From positions 87,110,001 through 87,174,000 of the forward strand of contig OZ024746.1 in the NCBI GenBank assembly GCA_964016885.1: a DNA stretch of 64,000 nt. The letters run 5' to 3'. The notes under the pieces were generated by a model. It saw only the letters and a program-made list of their open reading frames with translations. It had not been told where the DNA came from and searched no databases. Positions 14,056 to 29,804 of this stretch are shown here, piece by piece. Numbering within the stretch: the stretch's first letter is position 1; every line of letters begins with the position of its first letter. The position numbers and the translations under genes are program-made. This DNA is from Eledone cirrhosa (taxonomy: Eukaryota).

Positions 14056-14879
14056 CCACAAGAAGCACCATCGGCCAATACAAGCCGAAAACTCCGAAGA
14101 ATATGGAGTGTACATATATATCCTGCATCCTGTTAGACTATTATTCGCCACATTGTCGGTACATGGGGCAGTAGACTGTGGTAATACAAAGGATTCGGGA
14201 CCGAAGGGTGAGCCCCTACCGTTTTAACAGCTAGTTCTGAAAAAAAAATTGGTGCATTGCTTTAGTGAATATCATTTTGCAATATTCGTATTACTCCAAC
14301 AAGTACGTTATACGGTTTATTTATATTGAATAAGGATGATGGGGAGGAGGAAGTTTATCATGGACACAAGCCATTAACTAAATAACATTTAATTCTAAGA
14401 TAATTAAATTTATGCCCTGCATGCATCCTTCACGTATCAAGAAAATAATTGCAAACACTACAAAGTTGATAACTGCAATTTTATTTTAGTGTCAGGAATG
14501 TGGCATCTGTTGTATATGGCATTTGTATTTCAGATTGATTTTTAATTATATTTCATGCAAATATCTCATTTTGAATTATATATGATGTAAATAATCCTTA
14601 TGAAAAGGAAATATCTTCTATTGTGAGTTTTGAGAAATATACATTCAAACAATAGCTCCAGCTTTGATAACCTCTATCGTTACCTTACCTTTTGCCACGG
14701 ACCCTACATTATCAAAAGAGGGACTGTGGAATAATTCGATAGGTTTATGTATTTCAGAACTACTTTTAAATCCACATAGAAAGCAGAAAGGAGATAAATG
14801 AATAGATCTGCATCTTTCAAGATTTATCAACATGAATGGACGTATTATTTCCATCTAAAGACATTTTTTCCAATTCCAC

Positions 14880-15040
14880 CCCGCAGTTCGCTTCAATTTA
14901 TCTTATTTATTTCTCATTCTTTCTGCTGATGAAGGTCTAGCGTCCGAAATGTTAAGACTCTCTCTTCCTGCTATTTCAAGCGTTAACCTAATATATTCCA
15001 TCCATATATTGTATCGATTGTGTTATTTCTGTTTACCCTT
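14880..15040 (+). mobile_element. PLE pseudo-LTR remnant with decayed hammerhead
   Basis: CTGATGA-AGGTCTAGCGTCC-GAAA-TGTTA; same family as 1825-1905 and 23150-23290. Confidence 0.5.
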
Positions 15041-18000
15041 TACACACATATATACAAAATAAATAGATAGATAGATAAATATATAGATAAATACATATAT
15101 ACGAAGAAGAAAAACTGTCTGACCGCTTCATAACGGGTGTATGTCCTTTGTTGAGTAACGGACAAAAACTGATAGGGCATAAGTGATAATTTAAGAATAA
15201 AGAAGTACATGATAGTGTATGATTACTAATATGTGCTTGATAATATATACAATATAAATAAGATGATGAGTATTGATTTTAAATGTTATAAACATAGGCT
15301 TATTGTACATGATTATTCAATGTCTGTGGTTTATATTTATGTTTTAATAGTAAGAAAAATTATCTAGTTCATTGTAATAGTCGTAAGTATATGCGAATTT
15401 TAAGTACTTATAATGAGCCGTTAATTGTTTTATTAAGAATAATTGGTATTCTATAATTTGTAATAATTCCAAGTATTACAGAATGAAAAGTTTGATTATC
15501 TTGTTGTACATAAAACTATGCCTATTCTTGTAATGGCATTTTACTATTTCGATGTATATATAACTGACAAATATCTCAAGCGAATTGGCAGAAACGGTAG
15601 CGCAAATGAATAATATCTTCAAAATATAATTCTAGAATTGTGCATTATTGATTACAGTTAATAGACGAAACCTGATGGAGAATCTAAATTATTTAAAGTA
15701 AAAATAATCCACTGTTTTCTATCTCCAGGTTGAATATCAGAATCAAACTATGGTCCCGTTCATTTTCCGAGAACTTAATTCTCGTACTATAGTTAACGTT
15801 GCCGTTAAACATTTCAAGTAGATTCGACATTGCAGAAAATAATAATTGACAGCTTGTTTAATCCAAATGTTTCATGAGTTTTTTCTGAATTCATTATCAA
15901 TTATTATTCAATTAGACTTCGTGTCACTCAGGATAATGTTTGCATGGATTGAATTACAAACTTGATTAAACAGAGATCGACTCTTTCAAAATCTCTTGTC
16001 AACTATTCACTTTAGCCTGAGTGAACACACTGACAGACTATCCGTTCTCCCGATGAGTCGATTCAGGTTTCACTGCAAAACTGCTATTCTCACGATATGA
16101 ATTGTTGTCGACGATCTGCTTTGAAAGATAATAATGTAAAATAATATGCTTACTTGATAATAATTTTCTTGCACGAAGACATATTTGTAATTGATAGTGA
16201 TTACATTTTACCTAAGCAAATGACTATATATCTAAATATATATGGTGAGTTTCTGTTGTCACTATATAACTGTAAAGGCGTTATCTTACGTACATTTGTA
16301 GAACACCGCATATTGATAAACACACCATATTAGATTTCGTCCTCCAACACATACTATCAGATCTCAATTAAAAGTTAAACAATAGTCGCATATTCTCTAC
16401 GAAAGATTAATCTACATGGAAATAGCTGGAACCTAAATACTACTTCTCTTAATTCCCGTATTATTTATAGAAGCGCTAATGAAACAGAAATTGGGATGTA
16501 CTCAGACACCAGAATTGAAAACAATTACAAATATGAAAGGAGAGAATAACTCAGACATAGTATAACATATATATTCGAAGGTATAAAGCCATGTGCCAAC
16601 GTGGAATACAAAGTCCATAGTTAAGCATTACATATATCCTCTTCTTATGTGCATGCCTATTACTGATATCATTTCATTATAGTTGCTGTTATTAGCGGTT
16701 AATTATAAAGAAATACTAGAAATGTAACATTAAATGTACAAACATCATCACTTTAGTAGAGCGAACGGTATTTCACTTAGTAACCTACTAGGAATATTTC
16801 TATAAAATGCATATACTCATCCAGTGCTAAGTCACTCGATAACGATCTTCGATAACATCCATCTACATGTAGTATAGATATGAATATTAAACTTGTCCCC
16901 AATATCTCAATATGAGGTTAATAATCCAAGCAATTTTAACGGGCTTACATATTTATTGGAGAATTGTACTGGTGTGTTTGGAGATTCAGAATTTCAAAAT
17001 GTATTATTTGAATAGTTAAAACGTTTTCTTTGTATATGAATTGGGTGTTTTTATATTTGAATCTCAACAATTATTAAAATGTTATGCCTTGTATATCTTC
17101 TCATCACTTTCAAATATCGTTTTTCCCATTAAATACTGATCATATATTGTTAATTGCCGAGTATACATATATTATTATGCAAAATATTTCTTTATAACAA
17201 GATGAAACGAAATAAAATTGCATCATTCTTGTTCTCTAATATTTGCGGAAGTGAAGAGAATTGATCTTTATCTGGAATAAAATCTCGGACTGTGATTGCT
17301 GAAATATTCAGCATATATATGCAATTTATGTTACAGGATTACATGTATTAGTGGCGTGGGAGAAATATATATTTACAGGCAAAATATAAAGCGAGAACTT
17401 ATGACATTGTAATTTGCAAACGAACTTCTTATTGAAATAGGAAATGCATTATATGTGTTTATATGTATACATTCTTAAGTTATACGTATGGATATATATA
17501 CATATACAAACATACATGGTACATTCCTTCGTTTCATAATTCTGCTACTCTGATGCTTATATATCAGTAGTCTTTTATAAAGTTAGGTAGATGGACGGGA
17601 TATCGGAATACTGACTAATAACATGATTATTTCTTTCTGACTCACTTTCGTTATGCTGTGCTCTATGATCGACACACAAGATGTACAGACACTCAATAAA
17701 TCATTGCGTAAAAAAATATATCATAAATTGCTTTCGTGAGAAGCGTTCTCCTCTGCAATGAAAAGAATCTCCTATTAAACATTTCTATTTACTTTGAAAA
17801 ACTACATTTAAGCAACTGGATTTATCTGGTGGATTATAGAAGTATTCATACTGCGTTTCTGTTATATTTCTATGATTATCACATCAAAGTGGACTAAATA
17901 TGTATGAAAGTGTTCCCTATCACGAAAATGCATCCAATAAGAAATTAACTTGTAAACGCATTAAATAATTCTATGTGGCGATCAGTTATCGAAATTAATT

Positions 18001-18660
18001 AATAAATCATAGTTAAGGTTTGTTAATAGAACCATATATGCACATAGTCATGTATTCCAAACGAATCTGCATTTTGAATTCATTTCAAACACTACAATCC
18101 CCATAAGAACTTTCCACTGAATATCAATTGCATCAATATTAAAAGATTCGGCTTTAGAACCTAATAGGAAGAAATAGAGTATCACCGGATAAAAAAATAT
18201 TTAAGTAGTTGATTCATTAGTGAAAGTTTCGAGAATTGTAATGATGTGTTTGAAGTGGTCAACAACCTAATATCTTAGAAATCGGAACATTACAATATTA
18301 GAAAATTACAAATTTATAGCTTGAAATATGATAAGATAAGATCTAGAATTCGCAATTTAATGTTTCTGATTTAGTATTAATCCTGCCAGGCCCTGCGATT
18401 TATACATGAATGGAATATGCTGATCTGATTATCATATCATTCGAACGAATATTAACTGTAGCTTCGAGGTAAAGGTATCTCACTGGGAATTCAAATAAGC
18501 TTCACAATTGTTCAGTGGCATACAGGTCATTACCAGTTACAATATTGGCATGATTTCAATACAAATACACAAACTCACGGATGCACACACACACACACAC
18601 ACATACACACACAGCGACACATACCCACACGCATACACACACACACACATATATATATAT

Positions 18661-18699
<39 letters not shown>

Positions 18700-18864
18700 A
18701 CGCATTGAATATAACCTGTATGCATGTAAATATGTATGTAAGTGTGCATACGTGTATATGTGTATGTGTGTATACGTGTATGTGTATGTGTGTATACGTG
18801 TATGTATGTATGTATGCGTGTATATATGTATGTATTTGTCTGTTTGTGTGTATATATATATACG

Positions 18865-18985
18865 TCGAAACGGCTTGAGCTCAGCTGTCGGGGTCTTACT
18901 GGTTCCTATTACCCACTCTACTACCTCAAGTATTGAGTACTTTGGTGCGTTATGGTCCACCTGGTTCCTTACCACATTTCCTTCG

Positions 18986-18987
<2 letters not shown>
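18865..18987 (+). repeat. (TA)n-associated interspersed repeat (family Y)
   Basis: Matches the reverse complement of 32386-32510 and partly 63642-63705; each copy abuts (TA)n. Confidence 0.75.
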
Positions 18988-19028
<41 letters not shown>

Positions 19029-19400
19029 TAATCCTACTGTAAAGTTTCAGTTCATACAAAGATGCAATATGAAAGCATATCATCATATATAATTACATGA
19101 TATATAAAAACATCGTACCTCAATTCCTAGTGGCTGAAATAAAACTTTATTTATAAATGACAACAATTTCAAAGTATATATATACATATATACACTTGAA
19201 GGCGACCGGCTAAAGTGGAAGATGCTAGATGGTTGGTCGTCCTCGGGTCTTTGATTTTCAGCCCCATGGATCTTATCTGTTACATTCATTTATTATATAT
19301 CGAATACGGATTAATACGGAACCCGGTCATTGAAATGATCATAGTATAATAAGCCTTTCAAGGATTTACACAAGTCTAGCTTCCTGTTATTTTATTATAA

Positions 19401-19467
<67 letters not shown>

Positions 19468-20479
19468 CATGGAGAGATAGGGGGAGATAAGGAGAGAGGG
19501 GAATGGAATTTAAAGTGTGAAACCCGCGACCATGTGAAATAGACCAACAAAAAAATAGATGAAAAATATGTTACGTGTTTTACCTTAATTTATTTATATG
19601 TCCCTATTTTTCGAGATCATGATCTGTTCTTCTGAGGGAAATAAAAGGCACTAATCCAGTCTTCGGTGGAACGAGCTCTACCATGCTACTGAGATGGTAG
19701 ATACATTTTTTTAAAAATCTCTTTTGTTTTTAATTTAATTATAGGTTTTGAAATGATAAAAGGGCACAGCTTTATTTTCCTTTAAAGGTACATAAATATA
19801 TACTTACATACACGCGCAGACAGAAGTACATGCGCGTTTAAGCTCGCAAAAAATACACACATATCTGCAAATCCCTAGTATCGGAGCTGTGATCTGTAGA
19901 TTTGGAGAAGTAGCGCATCTTCTTGGAGTGATTTACTGATCTCCAATCTATGCAGACTATCAAGTAACATTACTACAAAGACACTTCAGCTGAAATCCAC
20001 ATCGGCTTTTTGTATTCACGATCCTAGTCCTTTTGTCATTACGGTAGGAATGAACAGCTAATTGAAGATAGCGAGTTTGACGTTTATATCTAGTGTCAAA
20101 TCCTGCAAATAAGATGCAGAATCCGTTGCTTTACAACACGAATTCCAGCAGTGCTACCAATTAATTTAACCTCCTGATTTCTATCACTCGGAAAAACGGC
20201 CTTGAAATACTGAAACTTTCCACCTGTTTCAGTGAAACTCCACACAAATGTAGTGTTCGCTGTGCAGGCTTCCTTGAGAGGACGAACATCTCAATTATTC
20301 CAGCACTGATTTTCATTCCTGTTGTTTAGCGATCGGATATAAACCTATCCATGCATATCATACATCAACGTTTATTAGTAATATGTAATCAGGAAAGTTA
20401 AGTCGACTGATTCTAGACCCCCCGGTTTCTATATCACTTCCAATACAGCTGTGCATATAAATATTGTTCCTGAGGATTT

Positions 20480-21150
20480 TAATAAGCGATTAGTTACGCA
20501 GTCTTGGCTACACCCACATTGAATGATTGCGATTTAGCACAATTTATCCGAACACAAATGCTAAAATATTAATATACATACATCAGGGAAGCAATAAGCG
20601 GTCCTTTGATCACATGATACTGCAGAACATGCACAACATTTCCAGTGTAAATTGCATGTATGTCTTTTAGATGTCTACAAAATAAGCACTCTCTTGAAAG
20701 TCTCCTCCAATTCCTTAATGACTTGGTGCAGTGTGTATATTTGGTAGGTTGTGTTATATTGGGATCGAAGACCGTCCGGCCAGGTATCAAGCATGGAATC
20801 AACAATATCCCAACATCTCTTAGCCAACCACCTACCATAGTTTGACGGCGAAGCTTAACAAGGAGTTACCTCAATAATAAGAGCAATCTATCTTGTACCC
20901 CATTTGAAAATTGAGATTATCACTCCCTATTGCCATTTGTTTGATGTGTTTTCAAAAAATCATGCCAGAGTACTTGCACATGTGAGTCAGAAAATGCCTA
21001 CTCCATTTAATACTTTTATTATTTCGAGCCGAATTTCATCTTCCACAGAAGCCTTGTCATATTTAAGTTCTTTAATGCCCCTGATGATCTCAGCCTCCGA
21101 TATATTAGTCATCGGCCTTAGATAATATAAATTTACATCAGATAATGTGA
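20480..21150 (-). mobile_element. RTE-clade LINE reverse transcriptase relic
   Basis: ISEAEIIRGIKELKYDKASVEDEIRLEIIKVLNGVGI, WQ*GVIISIFK, AYFVDI*K and ICVRINCAKSQSFNVGV occur in order, with frameshifts. Confidence 0.75.
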
Positions 21151-21786
21151 CCTGTTTTATGGAGATCAGCAATGTATTCTCTCCACTTTGCGCGGATGCA
21201 TTTCCTTGCAAAGAGAAGAAACCGAGTTGAGAGAAATTTGTTGAGGAATCCGTGAAAAACAAATTAACTATATCGAAAATAGTATAACCCACCTTTCCTC
21301 TTAAAAACACTTGACAAGATTTGATAGCGGTCCTAGCGACGTTATCATCCCAACAACAATTACAGGATGATGAATAAATCTTCAGAAATACTAAAACACA
21401 CAAGTTAACAATCCCACCACCACCACTAGCGCCCCATCACAGAAGCATTTGAAAAAAGTAACAATTTTGACAACGCCCATTTCAACGCCACACCCAAGAA
21501 TACTGATACAGCCACAGCAACAGTATCTGAATAGACCACTGCACTGTCCAGATTATATTCCACTGGGATTTTAATGTGAATTGCTTGAAAAAGTGCAAGT
21601 GACATGAGGAACCGTTAATTAGTTCATTGATTTACGATCGTTTCAGAAGGTTGATTGATTATATTAGGTCGATAATATATCGACTTGCAGGTAGTGGTTA
21701 TATCACATCGTAAACCAATGAACTAAATAACAACTTATCTACGATTTTGATTTATTTTCACTTTACTTTAAACACACAAAAACACG

Positions 21787-21824
<38 letters not shown>

Positions 21825-22205
21825 TTACGTTTGTTGGTTCACCACTGGATAGAACTGGTCATCCTCGATGTAATATTAGGAAGAGCACTCGACGTAATGC
21901 AACTCACTCGTCTTCGTTCGTTTGTGTTGTTGGTGGTGCGAGTACGGAGTTAATTATTATAAAATAATGGGGGACTGGACTGGTGTAATTCCTTAAAGGT
22001 TTATTATACTATGAACATGTAAATGACCGGGTTTAGGATGAATTCGGTGACATTATCAGGTATTCGAAATTTAACAAAGGAATATAATCCATGGGGCTGA
22101 AAAGACAGAGAGACAAGAAGGCGGCCACACATTTAGCAGTTTCTAGTTCGGTCGGCCGCCATCAAGTCCAGCCTCCTGTTATTTTATAATATATATATAT
22201 ATATA

Positions 22206-22990
22206 TACAAGTGGAAGCTTAGTCAAATCAAAACTTTGGCCGTGGGCAGAAAAGTCGACTTACAATATGAATTAGTTATCAAAGCACTCAATAAGGGTAG
22301 GTCCTTAGAGTAATAACATACGTTTAAATAGCTTGACAAATTGAACATTGTGGTAGGCAAAACCTAACACACAATACCAAAGTAACGAAAAAACTAACAG
22401 GTTAAAAAGATACACCTGGACAAATCAAACGATATTCGTTAAAGTGTTTCTATGAATCCGATATCAAATATCCAACTTACGTAACAGAGACGCTCCTGGT
22501 ATTCCATGATCGAACAGAGGATTCATTTCATCAACAGGGATTCCGTTCTGCCAAAAAACCGGAGTGGACAGCTAAATGCTGCTGTTATAAGCGAGCCACC
22601 GTACATTTAGTTTTCACATGTTATTTACAGCAAGGGAGGCAACCCTCGGTTTTTGGCGGGTATATTCAAAGTGTTTAACAAAGGAAATATTCTAATTTCC
22701 GCTAACATTCAGAATAAAGGCTCTCAACCAGATGTTATTAAACAAACACAAATAATTAACCAATCAACATAATTGTCTAATTATATTAATTAGTAAATTA
22801 TTAAATCTAGGAGAAAATTATACAAGTGGAAACTTAGTCAAATCGAAGCTTTGGCCGTGGGCAAGCAAAGTCCACCTGACAATATGAATGAGTTAGCAGA
22901 ACACAATTTAGAGTAAACATACGTTTAAATAGCTTGACAAATTGAACCCGATTTTTGGCGGGTATATTTAAAGTGTTAACAAAGGAAATA
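22206..22990. repeat. ~615-bp unit plus partial second copy between (TA)n runs
   Basis: TACAAGTGGAAGCTTAGTCAAATC... at 22206 recurs at 22821, where the copy has an internal deletion. Confidence 0.75.
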
Positions 22991-23318
22991 TATATGTATA
23001 TATATATAAATAAATATATATATATATATATATTTATATATAAATGTAAGTATGTATATATGTATCAGCCGTACTAAGAGTGAGAAATGAAATTTCGTTT
23101 CATTCTTTTATATTTATATATATATATATATATATGTAAATTAAACGGATAAAAACACAAAATACAATGACGTTCTGTGAAGATATATATTAGTTTCACG
23201 CTTAATGTAGTAGAGAAATTCCTAGCGTTGCCGACACTATCCTCATCTGAAAGTAGAATGAGAAATAGATATAAACGCAAACATTCGAACACCTTCTCTA
23301 TCTCAATCTCTCGCACGC

Positions 23319-23432
<114 letters not shown>

Positions 23433-23449
23433 ACTCTCTCTCTCTTTCT

Positions 23450-23488
<39 letters not shown>

Positions 23489-23658
23489 AAAGTTCTATTT
23501 AAATTGTTGGGATACAACAAGCAAATATTATTATAACTGATATAAAGCACTCGACACATATTTGGAGTAGATATACAATATTAATAAATGGAAACTATAT
23601 TTATAAATATGGTTTTATAAATATAGTTTCCATTAATATTATATATATATATATATAT

Positions 23659-23704
<46 letters not shown>

Positions 23705-23753
23705 GTATATATATATATATGTATATATATAGAGAGATATTTATATATATATA

Positions 23754-23826
<73 letters not shown>

Positions 23827-25049
23827 TGTGTGTGTGTGTGTGTATGTGTGTGGGTGGGTGTGTGTATATATATAATGATAAACATTGATTGCCAAATTAA
23901 TTAACTATGGAGATATAAAAGATAAAGAAGCGAAAACCAACCAAATAGTGAGTTTGTTTTTTTATTATTTCTGGCAATATTATAACAATATGACCCTCCC
24001 CAAGTATAACATTATTTGTTTCGACACACGATTTCATATCAAAACTTTACAAAACATATATACATACATATATATATATATATAAAGAAAGCGAGAGAAA
24101 AGAAAGCAAGTCAGACAGATGTGTGGGTGGATGCATGTTAACATCTACTTCCGGTCAACCCTATGTGAAATCAAAAATACTTCGCTAGATGCAGAAATAT
24201 ATCTACGCATTTGGAAAGTATTATTAGCAGTTGGAACATTTCAAAATGTGTATGGCCAGATCGGAGCATCACTAACAAAACCCAGTTCTGGGCTTTGAGG
24301 TCTGCGTACTAAGTGCTCATTTGTATTCTCCCAAAACGTGGATAACTCAGGTTACATTGACGCTTTCATCTAAAGTGGTGGAGATGCAAAAAAACCCCAA
24401 AAAACTCCTGAGACACAGCTATTACTGTATGCTTAATGCAAACATATTGAATCAATGAACATATATTCTCAAAGGGGTTAGGCTGTCCAGGTAATAGTTA
24501 TAATAATTAACAGTATCCCAAAGCAACTATTTTGAAGTCAATTGCTCACTGGGAATTACCTCAGCATAAACCTCGAAGAAATACAAAGATGGCATAAAAC
24601 TAAAATATCTGCACATTGAAGTTCAGAACTGGTAATGGCTGAATGGATTAGATATATGAGAGAAGTCTTCAAAATGATCGAAGAAGAATGTTTTGGAGAC
24701 GAAACGTTTAAGACTTGGCTTTGTAAGTGTCACAATATGAAACTCGATGAAAACATAGGCCGTTGGAAACCATGTTGTTGCCGAAAATTAAAATATTGAA
24801 TATTGATCTATAGGCTCTCAACCAGTGAAATTCATATCGAACTGAATTGAAATAGAAATGTTCTGCCTACATTATTGTCGGAACCTGTTGACTGGTAAAT
24901 GAGAATATAAAGTTGTTAAAGAAGATATGAAAAGAATGTTCCGAATAGCTCCCAACCGAATCACTATTTATTCAATTATGTTCAGGACTTGATCGTAAGA
25001 ATGGGAATAAGTGTAACTCAGTGTTGCTTATATATATATACGAAGAAAT

Positions 25050-25858
25050 ATTGTTAAGAAAAAGTTACTAACTGATATAGAAATTGATGAGATCAAGCAA
25101 TTAGCGCAAAGTCAGCAAAGGGAAAATGAAACATGTGTCAGTGAAAACGAGGTAAATCCTACCACTTCAAATTCCATTGTTGGGGCGGAATCACTGACAG
25201 CAGAACGAATTAAAGAAAGGATCGAAAAAGTGGAAGGAGTGCATGCTCAAGATGAAACTCAAAATGAAAACAATGAGATCGACAATGATAAAGAAATGAA
25301 TGAGAATGAACTCCCCAACTTGAAGAATGAAATTATGATCGAATGAATGAAAATGAAAGAATCTGACATGGGGAACGAGACACTCTCCCTAAGATCCAGA
25401 ACTCCAAACAGAACCAAAGGATAATACAAAAGAGAACATAACTCTCAGAAACATTATCATCACAAATAAACTAAACATTACTGATCTAAATCATCTATAT
25501 TATGCATCAGCTAAAGTCACCAATCACTTAATGTAGGGTGAAAATTAAAAAAACAAAGGAATTCCCACAAGAAATCTTCTTGGCAAGAGAACATCAATCG
25601 CCAAATAAACCTTCTCCAATCTGACAGAAATGTTAACAAACTACAAAATAGGTAAACATGTTAAACAAACTAAACTTAGAAAATTGAAAAGAAAATACAG
25701 TATAAAATCAACAAGTGACATAGACATGCTGATAGAAATAATCAAGCAAAAAGTGTCGGCCAAAGCTGGTCGTATAAGGCGCTTTGGAAAACGATCGTTG
25801 TTCAAAAACAACCAAAGAAACTTCTACAGAAAAAATTGGCAAGTCAACAATAACTGCT
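25050..25858 (+). mobile_element. R4/Dong-clade LINE ORF relic (pre-RT region)
   Basis: LNHLYYASAKV, WQENINRQI and KLKRKYSIK...IEIIKQKVSAKAGRIRRF...LFKNNQRNFYRK. Confidence 0.65.
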
Positions 25859-25879
25859 AAATCAATACTACCCAATAAG

Positions 25880-26450
25880 GACAACGTAAAGATAAGAATA
25901 TAATGTACATAGGTGAGACAGCTCGTAGCATAGGAGAACGATTAAATGAACACTGGCGAGAGCCACAAGATAGAAAAGACTCATCAGTACTCCACCAACA
26001 TGCTAAAATAGAACATAAGGGCAAATTAGAGAACATAGAAATAAAAATAAAAGACGCAATGTTTAGACAATTCACAGAGGCAATAAACATAAATGAACTC
26101 CAACCAAAATTAAATAGAATACATGTAAACACAACTTACAATTAAGGACAAAATGAAAACACACAAACATAGAACAAACATCCAAATAGTAACATGTAAA
26201 TAAACAAATAAATAAACAAATATAAACACACACAGACACCCGGATGTAACACATGCGCAAACTAAGCACACAACACACACAACAACAAGATGACGTAGGA
26301 CAGAACAAAGGAGAGGCACAAAACAAAGAAAAGAATCCCCGTTCATTAATGAGGTCACAGCATGTATGGGAGAAAGAACTTTGACAATACATGAACAACC
26401 ATCCGGTTGTGGAACCAATACATCAAGCGGAAATATATAAAATGTTTTAA
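25880..26450 (+). mobile_element. Penelope-like element 3' end: GIY-YIG endonuclease C-half plus pseudo-LTR
   Basis: MYIGETARSIGERLNEH...SSVLHQHAKIEH...RQFTEAININELQPKLN, giving the YIG, R, H, E and N motifs of a PLE GIY-YIG. Confidence 0.8.
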
Positions 26451-26593
26451 ATTTATAATTTAATTTATAATAAATTGGAGTGAAAGCAATTGGTGCGTGT
26501 ATTTCTTATTGGCAACATGACCCTCCTAAAGTATAACAATATCGGTTTCAACACACGTTTTCAGATAAAGTATCTTGGTAAGCAAATCAAACG

Positions 26594-27085
<492 letters not shown>

Positions 27086-27476
27086 TGCGTCATAAAATAC
27101 CATAGTTACAGAAAACAGTATTACTATAATATTCTTATAGAATAGGACATAAGCATCTTTAAACATATGCTGCCTTAACCACGTAAATAAAAATAATCAA
27201 TTTTGGCAAGGCATCATTGGGGAAAACTCTTTTCAATTACATTATAGTCTCTGCTCTAATTTTTGTTGAAATTATCAAATCTGAATCTAAAGTCGCTATA
27301 TTAAAGATTGTAGTTCTATTTTCAAAATTCCGTTTTTGTTTTGCAGTATTGTGATTATATTCGTAATTTATTTTGCATTGTGTTATTTATTGCCAAGAGA
27401 GAACATTTTGATTTGTGTAACTAATATATTTTATTATTTAAGATTGGAAAACGAATAGTATTTTTGGTAAAGAAAT

Positions 27477-27534
<58 letters not shown>

Positions 27535-28149
27535 GGAAGAAGATTCACGTGGTGGTTAGATGGTCATGAAATCGCTCCCGTAAGTTTTTGATTTTTAACA
27601 TATTTAAATCAATTGTGAAATAACAATTCTTAGTACAAATGATAAAAAAAGAAAAAGGATGCAACCAATTATGCCATGTGTGCAAAAAATACAACCAGAA
27701 ATCATTGATTATATAACTACATTTAACAGTTTTTATCTGCTTTATTTTAAATGCTTATGTACGGGTTCAAAATGTGGAGTGTCAAAACCAGTTAAGAGAA
27801 TTCTATTTATACTAAATGTCTACACCAAACCCTGGCATCAGGCTGGATGACGTTATCACAAAAAAAGACACCAGTCAACGGCTCCACCAACAACAGATGT
27901 CTAACAAGCGTCACCTTTTCTGAATGATTCAAATCGCATGAATTCCAAGGTGGAGTCATGTTAATCAGACCCACATCGAAAGAGAAGAGGACATTCCCAT
28001 ATGAAATGGGGGAAGACAATCGACAACGACCTGAAACCCATCAACAAAAGTAGGAACGATGTATTGTTAGATGCAATTGACCCTAGTTAGTTGAGCACTC
28101 TGCCTGCCTCATATGTCTCATAAGTCTAAGTGTCTTAAGTCTAAGTCCA

Positions 28150-28420
28150 ACCGAATACCATAATAGGCAAGATAGAGTTTTACAAAATAAAGAGTGGATA
28201 ATGTGCAGGTATTTTGATCTACCCAATCAAAGAAATTGGTATGAGCATCAACCACCTTTCCTACTGGAAAAAAAACATCACGTTTCAAGTTTATGGAATT
28301 TGATCGTTAAAAAATCCCCGGAAAACTATAAAAATAAGATTGATATAATATTGAAGGACTTTGAACTATGCCTGCTAATTGAAGAGACATTTCCGATAGA
28401 CGAGTATGTATCTGTACAAA
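28150..28420 (+). mobile_element. R4/Dong-clade LINE relic (RLE endonuclease region)
   Basis: WIMCRYFDLP...WYEHQP...LWN...DIILKDF..CLLIE..PID; DNA similarity to 38327-38460. Confidence 0.65.
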
Positions 28421-28429
28421 TAGTCAACA

Positions 28430-28640
28430 GCAGATATGACTTCATTATCACTGCGTTACTGGTTCCAAGCCAAGTAGTTTTTCATTTTGGGTAAATGATG
28501 TTAGTTAGTTGCGGCAAATCAGGGAGATGAATGAGTTAAAAGCAACAGTCACACACAACATCAATTGAAACCAACCACTTGTGTGTCGGAGCATTCTCCC
28601 GATAAATAAAAACGCCTTTAGTAAGTCTTTCTGTGTGTTT
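28430..28640 (-). mobile_element. mariner transposase fragment
   Basis: ENAPTH...LPDLP...LPKMKNYLA..RSDNEVISA, degenerate versions of the DNAP.H and SPDLAP motifs. Confidence 0.55.
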
Positions 28641-29089
28641 GTTCATGATAGGTTTCGTAATTGCCTCAGCAATTTGGCATAGTATTCCACATTGTGACAG
28701 TAAAAATTGAAAATTAGAAAACAAAGATAAAATATGCATATTTAAAATATTTTAAAGGAAAAACAATCAATGATTAATTGAATGCTTTTCAAGTTGTGGC
28801 CAATCAGAATAGTGTGATTCATTAATGAAACGGCGGAAACATAAACGTATTATAGAAATCTAGTAGTTGATTACGGCTATCATATATAAAAAATTATACC
28901 TCGACAAACGAATTTTCTTTAAGGGAAATTGCAATTTCTACAACACTGCCTTAATACCGATGTTATTGTTAGTATAAATTCTATATTTGTTTTATGTTAT
29001 CACTAGAAATATTTTGTGAAGTGGGCGGTCAGAAATATTAACAAAAACAAACACAAAAATGATAAAAGTACTTTTGTATGCGATAAATA

Positions 29090-29300
29090 TTGATTTCTAC
29101 TATAGGCACAAGGCCAGCAATTTTGGGCGAGAGGAAAGTCGATTAAATCATCAACAGCGCGTCACTGGTACTTTATATTTTGACCCCGCAAGGATGAAAG
29201 GCAAAGTTAACCTCACAAGGATTTAGACTCAGATCATAAAGGCCGTAACACTATGGAAAGCATGGCGTCCGACCATCTACCGATACTGCCAATCCACCTA
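29090..29300 (-). mobile_element. Octopus-type tRNA-derived SINE
   Basis: Minus strand reads GGTGGATTGGCAGTATCGGTAG (A box)...CTGAGTCTAAATCC (B-box-like)...ACTTTGCCTTTCATCC...AAAGTACCAGT. Confidence 0.7.
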
Positions 29301-29762
29301 CGTGGGTTTAGTCTTCTGGTAATTATACATCCAAACATATATTCACATACATATCTGTCACCAAAACTGCATAGATGTGTATATAAATATATCTATATTA
29401 CTAAAACAGAGTATGTCTGTTTGTCTGTCTGTACAATCACTAAAACTCAAAACCCACTTAACCGATTGTTTTCAAACTTTACACATGTAATACCTATAGC
29501 CCTATTGAGTGTTCTGAGCCCCCCCCCCCAAAAAAAAAAAATCGAATTTTCAATGCCCCAGGGACCGCATTAGGCGATTTAACGATCTCTTTCTTTCTCT
29601 CTCTTAGCCTTTCTCTTTTTAGATAGATACATAGATATTACGTTGCGCCCTTATAATATCTGTCTATATGCCTGGCTGTCTGTATGCGTGCTGTCTGTAT
29701 GACGTCATTATGACGCGATGTGTATGTGTGTGTGTGTGTATGTTTATGTTTATGTAAATATA

Positions 29763-29793
<31 letters not shown>

Positions 29794-29804
29794 CTTATGC
29801 GTTC

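Noticed and set aside
15729-15821. Plus-strand terminal exon (TTTTCTATCTCCAG|GTT, 30 codons)
   Set aside because: The acceptor is good but the peptide is unrecognisable, and no upstream exon is supported.
19600-19642. Minus-strand CAGAAGA...GAAA motif
   Set aside because: Helices I and II are plausible but helix III and the cleavage triplet are missing.
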